Positions 36,997 to 46,100 of a stretch of 63,483 nt of DNA are shown in pieces. Source of the stretch: Syntrophales bacterium (GTDB lineage Bacteria > Desulfobacterota > Syntrophia > Syntrophales > UBA4778). Position numbers and translations under genes: made by a program. The stretch is taken from the NCBI GenBank assembly GCA_963665615.2, contig CAXXQE010000005.1:1-63483 (forward strand). The letters are read 5' to 3'. The notes beneath the pieces were generated by a model that saw nothing but the letters and a program-made list of their open reading frames with translations, made no database searches and was not told the origin of the DNA. The stretch's first letter is position 1. Each line of letters opens with the position of its first letter.

Positions 36997-37293
36997 TCAG
37001 TTTATGTAGTAGGATACATATCCACCCTCGGATACATACTCGTCCAAGCGATACAGACATTCTGTCGTTCTTTTTCTTTTTTTCCATAAGGCAAAAAAGA
37101 TCCACTTGGTTTCGAGTAAATATTCGTGATCTTTGCCTATAATCCTATGTCGGCTACAGCCGTACAAGTAATTATATTCCGCCCTATAAGCATATTTCGG
37201 ATAAATCTCATAGAGTTCGGATCGCACTTTGTTCATCAATACTTTCTTGTTCTGCCTGATTCCTTTAATAACCGATAGTAATCTTCTTATCAT
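36997..37293 (-). CDS. Hypothetical protein
   Basis: ORF with AGGAGGAG RBS; no recognised family. Confidence 0.5.
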   Translation of the reverse strand: MIRRLLSVIKGIRQNKKVLMNKVRSELYEIYPKYAYRAEYNYLYGCSRHRIIGKDHEYLLETKWIFFALWKKRKRTTECLYRLDEYVSEGGYVSYYIN

Positions 37294-37702
37294 CTTCTCC
37301 TCCTTTGGGTGTTATAAGAGGAGACATATATTCCCGTAAGGGAATCATCTCCCCGTATGGGTTATAGTTATAGGATGCAGCCGACGGGCATCGAACTGCA
37401 AACTGAAAGACAACAAAAAAGGGACCGTGAGAAAAGCGCACGTGTCCCTTAGATGAAACTTAATGTCGAGGTTGCCAGCCTAACTGAGATGATGGGGCGT
37501 CTCCATCAAATTTGTCCGCGCTGGGGCCATACGGCCGATCTCGCTCAGCGAGGATAAGTGCGAGCACTCTGAAAATGTAAAACAATTATAGACAACCGTC
37601 GGATAAAGTCAAGAAAATAGTTCCAAAAACTTGAGACAAAAAAGACCCGCACTCTCCCATACAGAAGAGGCGGGCCACGCGGCGGAGGAAGAAAGTAATC
37701 TG

Positions 37703-38104
37703 TTAGGCTGCCTCCTTAACATCCGGTGGCAGTTTAAGTCCTTGATACTTAGAATCAGGTGGCGCCAAGGGCGAAGAGGATGCTGCCTTTACCGCGTCTT
37801 TTGGTTGAATAGCCCACAGAATGCCCTTCGCATAGATCAGCATTTCCTTAGTCAGCACGGTTTCACCTATGTACTCTCTGGCCAATTGATCCTTCCCACC
37901 ATAAAAGTAGATCTTGTTGTCGGCTCTCGAGAACAAATGATCCATGATGGCCTTGCTAACAGGGATTTCGATTATTTCGTTGCCATAAACAAGCTTTCCA
38001 TCAATAACCTGAAACTCCAAAGGACTTGATCCCCCCAGTTCGTCCAGCGTTGTCGTAACCACTAGGCCACTTCCGACCAAAAGACATTCTGAAATTGCTT
38101 TCAT
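37703..38104 (-). CDS. Hypothetical protein
   Basis: ORF with GGGAGG RBS; no recognised family. Confidence 0.6.
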   Translation of the reverse strand: MKAISECLLVGSGLVVTTTLDELGGSSPLEFQVIDGKLVYGNEIIEIPVSKAIMDHLFSRADNKIYFYGGKDQLAREYIGETVLTKEMLIYAKGILWAIQPKDAVKAASSSPLAPPDSKYQGLKLPPDVKEAA

Positions 38105-38127
38105 ACTTCCTCCCTCTATAGTTTATC

Positions 38128-38156
38128 TTGACAAAAGGCGCAATACATTGTATAAT
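38128..38156 (+). promoter_or_regulatory. Perfect consensus sigma70 promoter
   Basis: TTGACA-17 bp-TATAAT with TG immediately upstream of the -10. Confidence 0.85.
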
Positions 38157-38193
38157 GTGTCAACAGTCTCAAATATTAGGATTTACATCCGCT

Positions 38194-38391
38194 ATGATAA
38201 CAACTACAGTTTCCATAATAATCACCGTCGCTTTTTTGATTGGCGTGTATGTACTTGTGTCTCGGCTCTTTGGCCCCTTATTAGGGCATGCGGATAATGA
38301 CAACTCTTTAATGCGGGAACACTTGGAACTCACGACAAAGCCTTGGAATGCCCATGTTCCCGGCAACATATATCATCAATCCGACAATTAA
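38194..38391 (+). CDS. Small single-TM protein convergent on traG; entry-exclusion candidate
   Basis: 65 aa with an N-terminal TM; its stop abuts the traG stop; strong promoter. Confidence 0.6.
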   Translation: MITTTVSIIITVAFLIGVYVLVSRLFGPLLGHADNDNSLMREHLELTTKPWNAHVPGNIYHQSDN

Positions 38392-38392
38392 C

Positions 38393-41300
38393 TTACCGAC
38401 GCCCAAAATCGATATCGGGACTGTCCGCAACCCCTCCACCACTGCCTTTGGCTCCAAGTGTGTTTATGACATTCCTCACGCCATTAAACACTGCAACTCC
38501 TGGTGCCGAGGCCCCGTAGTCTGCAGGTGTAGCTCGGCTGAATTCAGTCTCGATTCCTCGGCTGAATGATTGTATAGCCTGAGCCACATGTGCTTGTGAC
38601 TGGGCACTATTAAAATCGCTGTGTTTCGCCTCCCTCAACGCTTTATGAGCTGTATTACTGAACTGGGTGGCAATTAGATCTACTCCTCTCTGATCTGTGC
38701 TTGCTGCATTTACATCCACACCACCGACGCCCGACACTCCAAAGCCAATCTTGCCACTCGAACCGTCCAAGACAAAACCCTTTCTGCTAGCGATCTCCTG
38801 CACGGACTTAGCATACGCACTGGCGGCGGTCAGGATCTCCTTTTCCTGCATTTCGCCTGGTGCGGCATTGACAATCTGGTTGGCTATGGTTGAAGCTCCA
38901 GACCCAGTAGTGGCCATCCCATACATGGTGGCACCGTTATAAATAGTCCCCGCACTTATCTGTGTATCGTTGACATTGTAAGTTACGCGTCTACTCCCAT
39001 ATTCACCCCTGAAACCAAATTCCTCGATGTCGACATTACGATTTATCCTCGATATATCGCTGCCCGTCTTGCTCACATACATATCGCTGTTCTCGCTGAG
39101 CATGTTGCGGCCTTTGATACCCTGCGTATGAATGACGTTTCCATTGGCATCTCTCACCGTTGACACGGCAAAGCCATTCTCGACGGAAGACTCGAGCACT
39201 TTGCCTCCCTTGTACACTGCACCATAAGATCCCTTCTCGGTTTCCCCGGTCATATATGCGACCTTGCCATCTTGATCGAATGCCAGATTGGCTTTCATGC
39301 CTGCTTGCGCTCCGGCATAGCCCATCTCATGAAGCTTATTCGCCATAGTGTCATTAAGCACTCTGCCGCCTGCAACCCACTGCCCATACTGTTCAGCATT
39401 CATCCCGGTAAACGCCATTTCGTATCTTTGTTGGGCCTGGGTCCCTAGCTTTGTCCCCATATCCTGGGATGCCACACCCCGCATTTTAGAGGCATCTCCA
39501 CCCAGGGCATCCTGCTTCCCTTGGATGCCATATAAATCATGCAACCCGCCTATTTTTCCTCCGACAGCCAGAAGCTGGTTCTTCATTTTATAGGCCTCTT
39601 GAAGACTTCCAGCCATACCGGTATCAACCATGAGTTGCTCCACGTTATTGAAGGCTTTCGCCTGGTCATCCATGCCCTGGTTCTGCCCCATCCTCACAGC
39701 GCCAGCGTCTGAGACTTGCCCGGCTCTGGCCGCCTGTGTCATCGTTTGTACCTCGGATGAACGGACCACGCTGTCGAACCCCATCTTGCGGGCGCCTTGC
39801 CCCGCACCGACCTCGGAAGCGAATTTTGAGTGCCCGGCGTCGGCCATAGCATCGGCAAATCTTTCCTTGCCGCCAAACTGATTCATCGCGTCAATCCCCG
39901 CACCCGCCTGCCCCATCTTCAGGGCGGATCGGGCGGCCGCATCTTCTTTGTATGAATATTTCCCGGCATTGTCCCATATCCCCTGGATGTTACGGCCGGC
40001 TTCTATCTGTCTCGCCTGACCCTCGCCTGTTACCAAACTCGAATGCTGTGACGCTGAGGACTGCAGTTGCCCCTGGATGTTGCCGGCCATCATAGCCAGG
40101 GCGTGTCCTCCAAAAGAGACCAGCATGTTCGTCATGATGGTTGCGAGCATGATGCCGGCGGTTCGGACAAAACCAAACATCGATAACGCTTTTAACATAA
40201 AGGTAGGAAACAACATGATGGCATTGTACCCAAGGTTGTTGGCCTTTAGGTAATCCACCGTTAGAACAATATAATCGGTAGCGATCCCGTGCAGGATGGC
40301 GTCCGTTATCCCCCAGCAGGTAAGCCAGATGAAAAACCCGCAAATGAGCCCACAGGCCTTTCCTATATATCCAGTCGGAATAAACAAAACGATGAAAGGG
40401 ATCAGCCCCACTGCGACGGCAGTGAAAACGGCCCGCATGACAGGAAGCCAATCGTTGGCCACAATCCCCATCGTCACCCCGGAACTCATAACATCTTTGT
40501 TTGTCATCACATGAATTGACAAATCGATATTGCCCGAACGCATAATATCGTCGAGGACTTCCATCATGGCAATCTGCCTGATGAATCCTTCTGGGGTAAC
40601 CGATATAGCCCCATCGTATAGATATGAGAGGAAATCCGACAAATCACTGAAGCATCGAGTCAATTCAGCGGGGTTTTTCGTGTCGAATCCCATCGCGGAG
40701 CACTCTTGAGTCACTACCGGCGTCAAGTTCGAGTCGTTCGACAAGAACCCTTTTAACATATCGAATGAATCGTAACAGGTCATGGGCGTACCGGCTGGAT
40801 TGGTTCCGTCATAATAAACAGTCCAGACCGCTGAAGACGCTGCTTGCTGGAATTCGGTCATGGCATTGGTTGAGGTCTTGGCCAGCGCATCGCCAGTCAG
40901 CGATGTGCCCTGCCGCGTCAACTCGAACATGACACAGTCTTTTGTATATCGACGCAGGCTTGCGTCTATATTGGTATCCCCCGTCCCGAATCCGCCTTGC
41001 GTAGCTATTAAAAGCATGTTGAATCCCAGGCCTCCACCGGTACGCTGGAATCCTTGTACATTGCCCGACGTGTCGATAATGTCGACGAATCCTTTTTCGA
41101 TCTTGTTTAGAACACCGGCTACCATGACAATCCCGTTAGGGACTCCGCTCACCGTCTGAAAACGGTTCTTCAGAGGGTCATAAACTGTCAGGCTCCCCTT
41201 AGGCACGATCAGAGCTAAATATATCCCGACGCCGAGAAGTATCGGGGGCACCCATGACAGGAAATATGCCTTTTTCCCAGTGGCAGCACTCATCAGCACC

Positions 41301-41503
41301 AATACCACCCCGAGAAATATACCCAGAATAACAACCACATAAATAAGCGCGTTATACCCCGCATCGCTAAATATCAAGGATATCTTCTGAAAGGACAAGA
41401 CTATGGCACTAAATCCGCCATAGGTATAATATTCCATGTCCAGGGCCCAGGCGGGGGCCGGGACTGCTGCAAGCAATATCATTACAAGTATGCCTTTTTT
41501 CAT
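38393..41503 (-). CDS. traG: F-type conjugal transfer protein TraG (mating-pair stabilisation)
   Basis: EYYTYGG N-terminus, multi-TM TraG_N region (VPNG...; WLPVMRAVFTAV; WLTCWG), long Gly/Ala/Ser-rich C-terminus. Confidence 0.85.
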   Translation of the reverse strand: MKKGILVMILLAAVPAPAWALDMEYYTYGGFSAIVLSFQKISLIFSDAGYNALIYVVVILGIFLGVVLVLMSAATGKKAYFLSWVPPILLGVGIYLALIVPKGSLTVYDPLKNRFQTVSGVPNGIVMVAGVLNKIEKGFVDIIDTSGNVQGFQRTGGGLGFNMLLIATQGGFGTGDTNIDASLRRYTKDCVMFELTRQGTSLTGDALAKTSTNAMTEFQQAASSAVWTVYYDGTNPAGTPMTCYDSFDMLKGFLSNDSNLTPVVTQECSAMGFDTKNPAELTRCFSDLSDFLSYLYDGAISVTPEGFIRQIAMMEVLDDIMRSGNIDLSIHVMTNKDVMSSGVTMGIVANDWLPVMRAVFTAVAVGLIPFIVLFIPTGYIGKACGLICGFFIWLTCWGITDAILHGIATDYIVLTVDYLKANNLGYNAIMLFPTFMLKALSMFGFVRTAGIMLATIMTNMLVSFGGHALAMMAGNIQGQLQSSASQHSSLVTGEGQARQIEAGRNIQGIWDNAGKYSYKEDAAARSALKMGQAGAGIDAMNQFGGKERFADAMADAGHSKFASEVGAGQGARKMGFDSVVRSSEVQTMTQAARAGQVSDAGAVRMGQNQGMDDQAKAFNNVEQLMVDTGMAGSLQEAYKMKNQLLAVGGKIGGLHDLYGIQGKQDALGGDASKMRGVASQDMGTKLGTQAQQRYEMAFTGMNAEQYGQWVAGGRVLNDTMANKLHEMGYAGAQAGMKANLAFDQDGKVAYMTGETEKGSYGAVYKGGKVLESSVENGFAVSTVRDANGNVIHTQGIKGRNMLSENSDMYVSKTGSDISRINRNVDIEEFGFRGEYGSRRVTYNVNDTQISAGTIYNGATMYGMATTGSGASTIANQIVNAAPGEMQEKEILTAASAYAKSVQEIASRKGFVLDGSSGKIGFGVSGVGGVDVNAASTDQRGVDLIATQFSNTAHKALREAKHSDFNSAQSQAHVAQAIQSFSRGIETEFSRATPADYGASAPGVAVFNGVRNVINTLGAKGSGGGVADSPDIDFGRR

Positions 41504-41506
41504 GCT

Positions 41507-41746
41507 TTAGCCTCTACCAGCGATATAGTACAATACTGCTATTATCACAATTACTGACGCAGTTTCTGCCGTCAACACTCTAATGAGTTGCCGCCTAACG
41601 TCGGGACGCTGAAGCTGCCACTTCAGCCTATATCGCCGGTATAATGCGGGCAACTGACCGACATCTGTGCCGCACAATCGCTTACGCATCGCTTGTTCGG
41701 TGCATATCCCCTCCCATATTTCTGCCAATTTTCGCTTGTAGTCCAT
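41507..41746 (-). CDS. Small protein with C-terminal TM (start MDYKRK)
   Basis: GGGAGAAGGG RBS; directly upstream of traG. Confidence 0.6.
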   Translation of the reverse strand: MDYKRKLAEIWEGICTEQAMRKRLCGTDVGQLPALYRRYRLKWQLQRPDVRRQLIRVLTAETASVIVIIAVLYYIAGRG

Positions 41747-41795
41747 TTCCCTTCTCCCTTCGCCTTTCTCGCGCCTCTCCTCCGCAGGCGGAGAC

Positions 41796-41904
41796 GTTAT
41801 TTTGTTGATGTCGCGCCCGCTAGAAAGGGTACGACCTGGTTTGCCGTTCGAGTTGTCGTTAATGACTTCGTTACAATCCACACCGCCCGCAAAGCGGGCG
41901 CGAC
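41796..41904 (-). CRISPR. CRISPR-like mini-array A (repeat / 34-nt spacer / degenerate repeat)
   Basis: Minus strand: GTCGCGCCCGCTTTGCGGGCGGTGTGGATTGTAAC + gaagtcattaacgacaactcgaacggcaaaccag + GTCGTACCCTTTCTAGCGGGCGCGAC; compare the array repeat GTCGCGCCCCTCGCGGGCGCGTGGATTGAAAC. Confidence 0.8.
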
Positions 41905-41968
41905 AGGGGTTAATCAGGAGCCAGTTGAGCGCCATCCGGCGAGTGTCGCCCTCCCGAGGGGAAGAACC

Positions 41969-42265
41969 TTATACTGGATTAAAAATGCCTATCTTCGCAG
42001 CCGCAGAAGGACGCTTTTCATGCTGAGCGTCATGCTTATTTCTCGCGTCATTTTGGTCTGTTCCGCCGTTTCCGACCCTTTTCCTCAACTGCTTTTCCAA
42101 TTTGATTCCCTTTTCGTGAAGCACCTTCACAATTTCCCGAGCCCCATTCTTCTCAAAGAAGTCGGCTACAGCCTTTTCCGCCAGGGCGTTCTGAACATCC
42201 CTGGTATACATCATCAACAACTGGACAGTTTCAGGGTCGGTTATTTTGATACGTAAACACGCCAT
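41969..42265 (-). CDS. Small putative DNA-binding protein (ParR/RHH-like by position)
   Basis: Follows the parM fragment; beta-helix-helix-like N-terminus. Confidence 0.5.
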   Translation of the reverse strand: MACLRIKITDPETVQLLMMYTRDVQNALAEKAVADFFEKNGAREIVKVLHEKGIKLEKQLRKRVGNGGTDQNDARNKHDAQHEKRPSAAAKIGIFNPV

Positions 42266-42479
42266 GATATTCCCCTTCCCAGGAGGATTTATTCCTCTCG
42301 CTCAATGAGACGCCAAAAACTCCTCGCGTTGGCCATTTCGGGACGGTCGGGCACATGCACCATCGCTGCATACTTGGCAGGCCAGCTCGGAATAGCCCGC
42401 CACCATGACACCCCGGACCGTTCCTGTACACCATCTTCACATCACCAAACCCGATATCCAAACCAACCTTCACCTTCAT
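42231..42479 (-). pseudogene. Truncated ParM/StbA actin-like ATPase
   Basis: MKVKVGLDIGFGDVK is an actin-fold phosphate-1 motif; the rest of the protein is absent. Confidence 0.7.
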
Positions 42480-42505
42480 ATCTTCCTCCTTCGTATGGTC
42501 TTGGT

Positions 42506-42560
42506 CCGATCATTCATTTTTTTGCCCTCCTACATACATATCCACGGGGTGTCACCCTCC
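42506..42560 (-). repeat. 55-bp perfect inverted repeat, copy A (operator/promoter + RBS)
   Basis: Exact reverse complement of 53088..53142. Confidence 0.92.
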
Positions 42561-43111
42561 GGAGACAAAAAAAGTGAAAAAAGTGAAAATATTTTTTGGG
42601 AGCGATTTTTCAGATGTGAGTTCCACATTACGAAAACCATGACCGATGATCTCGGCCAGCGAGAATCGAAGGTTCGAGCATGGCCGTGCTCAGAGGAACC
42701 GCAGGGCCGACAGGCCGGCGAACCTCTTTGAGATGAAGAGGGAGACGGCCTGGGCAGGTTGGACTTCAGATCAAACTTCATTTTGATAGATAGATTACCG
42801 ACCTGAAGCTAGCCGATCTGTATGAATTCAGACATGAGGTTCAATCAGACTGAATTCGGATATGGCCAGACGTTGAAAGGGGATTTGTCGCGTACATTTA
42901 TTTTTAACAATTGACAATTAACAAGGTATCCAATAGAAAATCATAGTCTTATTCAAGGAAAGTTGTCGCAACAACAAGTCATCTATCATAACCGGAAGGC
43001 CTTCTATCACCTTTAACCAGCTCAATATTTCAGAAACTCTGTGATGGTTTAGGCATTTTGATCAGCGGCACTCTAGCTATTCACCACATCTGCTTCATCT
43101 AGGCGTTAAGA

Positions 43112-46100
43112 ATGGGTATGAAAGCTATGTGTAAGGAAGAAAGGCACCAGGCGACTTCAACTGAGCTTACGGGTGGATTGGGTTTTACCTATGAAGATAC
43201 CGTAGTTGGTTATTACCTCGCCTCTCTTTTACGGGAAGAGCGCGCTGCCGGTTTGAATGGTATAGTGAAGTCTGTTGCAGTCCAACAAGCCGGACACGGC
43301 TATCCTATGGATGATATTGTCGTCGAATTTGACGATGACGGTTCGCTGAGAAAGCTAAGTCTTCAGGCTAAGCGGACGATTACTATCAGTGCGGCAGTAA
43401 CCAATACTGATTTTCGCGATATCATTTCCTGCTCCGTTTCCACAAGACTAACTAGTGGTTTTAACGTTGATCTTGACGCATATGGTTTTGTTGTCGAAAA
43501 CGTTGCCAAGGATCCGTTCCGAACACTGAATAGGCTGATTGAATGGGCCAAAAGCAGTCCCTCTGGTGAAGATTTTGCTCGGCGCTTTGCCCCGGGTGGA
43601 ACCGCAGCGGCTCCCGAACGCTCTCTTCGTGACGAACTGAGCCCATTAATCGGAATCCGATCGTCGGATGACGAACGAAACTTCTATGCCCAATTTGTGG
43701 CGCTCAACCTTAATGGATTGACCGAGGGTGGATTCCTGAGAACTGAGGTGATAAATCGCCTTCAGGAGCTTGTTGCCGCCAACAAAGATGGTCACGACCT
43801 TCTACTTTTCGACCGCCTTTGCCGGATTGCACGTGATGGGGCAGGCACAGCCCGTAAATGGACTCGGCAGACACTTCTGGCCGAACTGCGAGATGTTCTG
43901 CGACTCAAGATTGCTCCGAATTATCTGCGGGATATTAATTTACTTCAAGTATTCTCCGCCGCTGGAATGGCAGATATATCGGAGGAGATTGCCGGCTTTC
44001 GTGTAGAACGATCCAGTTTGGAAGTTAGTATCAATAATCGTTTCGTCGAGCACCGGCTTGTCAACATCACCGGCCTTCCCGGGTGCGGGAAGTCGGCAAT
44101 GCTCAAACATGTCGCAAGCATTGATGCCGCCAACGGGCCAATTCTGTTTTTAAAATCAGACCGCCTTGCTGGGAATAACTGGCTAACCTTCGCGGCGGCT
44201 CTTGGTCTCCAACACCACGATGTTGCGGGTCTCCTAGCTGAAATTGGCGCTACCGGAACGCCAATCCTTTTCATTGATGGAATTGACCGCGTAAAACCTG
44301 ATCAAAAGAACATCATCACTGACATCCTCAGAGTGATTGAGGAAAATCAACATCTCGCCGCGTGGAAGGTTCTGGCAAGTTCACGCGATCAGGGCCTAGA
44401 GGCATATCGTGCATGGTTTCCTCCAAGCTTCTATCGAGGAAGCGGTATCGGCGATGTAACGATTAACGCCTTCTCCGATGAGGAAGCAGAGATTCTGGCG
44501 AAAGAAAGGCCAAACTTAAGGCGGCTGCTTTTTGGTGCGAAGAACGTCAAAGAAATCGCACGGCGGCCCTTTTTTGCAGCCGTACTCGCACGAAGTTTTC
44601 CTGATGACTCTACAACGCCTCAAACCGAGATCGATCTCATTTCAGCTTGGTGGGCTCGTGCCGGCCATGACGCACCCAAGGAAGCCGTGCCGCAACGACA
44701 AAGGGCACTGTTAGATTTGGTCGAAAAAGGCGTGCGAAATCTTGGTAAGGGAATTCAAGCTAGGGGACTTAAGGATTCCACTTTTGAGCAAATCCAGGGT
44801 TTAATAGATGATTTCGTCATCCATTATCACGATGAGGAAGCGTCTTACTCATATACGCACGACATTTTTTTTGAATGGGTGTTCTCCCGATATCTCATCG
44901 AGCTTGGCGATGATTGGACTCATGGCCTAGCCGACGCGGGTGAGCCGCCGCTACTCGGCCGGGTGGTCGGACTGTTGGCTCAGAACGCGCTCACTTCACC
45001 AGGGAAATGGTCGGCGGGCTATCGGAATCTTGAGCGTAAGCCGCTTCGCCCACAATGGCGGCGCGAGTGGCTGACGGCTCCACCATTTACACCGGCATTT
45101 GCACAAGGGTATCATGAGTTTCAGAATCTCCTTGTTGAAAATAACTACGTGCTTTTCGAGAAGCTCCTTGTCTGGTTTCAGGCGCAGCATACGATCCCAA
45201 GTCCGATTGTCCTTCAAAATTCCGCGAATGCGGTGGAGGGACTAGACGTCATCAACATGGCAGATCTGCTCGGCTGGCCTTCAGACTTCGAGAGTTGGGG
45301 CAGATTCTTGGGCTGGTTACTTCCGCTTGCCCCGAGCTTGCCTACCCGCTTGTTTCCCAATATCCTTGAAATTGTCAGCGTCTGGCAGAATGTATTTGCC
45401 GATATGAAGAATCCGCTTTCTTCCGCTATCATCAATATTTGCGCCTCTTGGCTGATAGAACTGGAAATTATTGAGTATTCTGAACACCCGATATCAGATT
45501 ACGGCCCATGGGGTATGCTCAATGGCGAGGCACGATCTGGTCTTGTGTCCGCTCTGCGAAGCACTATTATGCGTTCAGCGCGTTCCTACCCCGCGCCCGC
45601 GATCGCTCTTTTCAAGCGAGCGTTAGCGAACGAACATATGCGCCGCGCGAGTTATAGCAACCTGATGGGATTTACGCCTACTATGGCGGATGTGGAGCCC
45701 GAGCTTGTGGTTGCTGTTGCAAAGGCGGAGCTGATGGAAGAACTTCCTCAGGAACGAATTGACCGGGAAAAACGGGAGGACCGAGAATATGTAGAATTTC
45801 TCAAGCGCCTCCGCGCCATTCCTGAGGAAAAGAGGACGGAAGACCAGAAACGCGCTCTTCAGCACATACACATGCCGATTGGGCACAATCAAATTGATCA
45901 TGATGATATTGGAATTGTCCAACATCATAACTACTACTTCCCAGCGTCACCCATTCACGAACCATTCGCAAGTCTTTTTGCGAAGAAGCCAGAGGCCGCA
46001 CTCGGACTTGTGCGCGATCTCACCAACCATGCAACCAAGGGTTGGCGTCAGATTCAGCTCCTCAATCACGATCGCATGGGAACGCCAATTTCCCTGATCC

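Noticed and set aside
40916..40928. CGTCAACTCGAAC in traG resembles the middle of the mini-array spacers
   Set aside because: No seed match or PAM, and too short.
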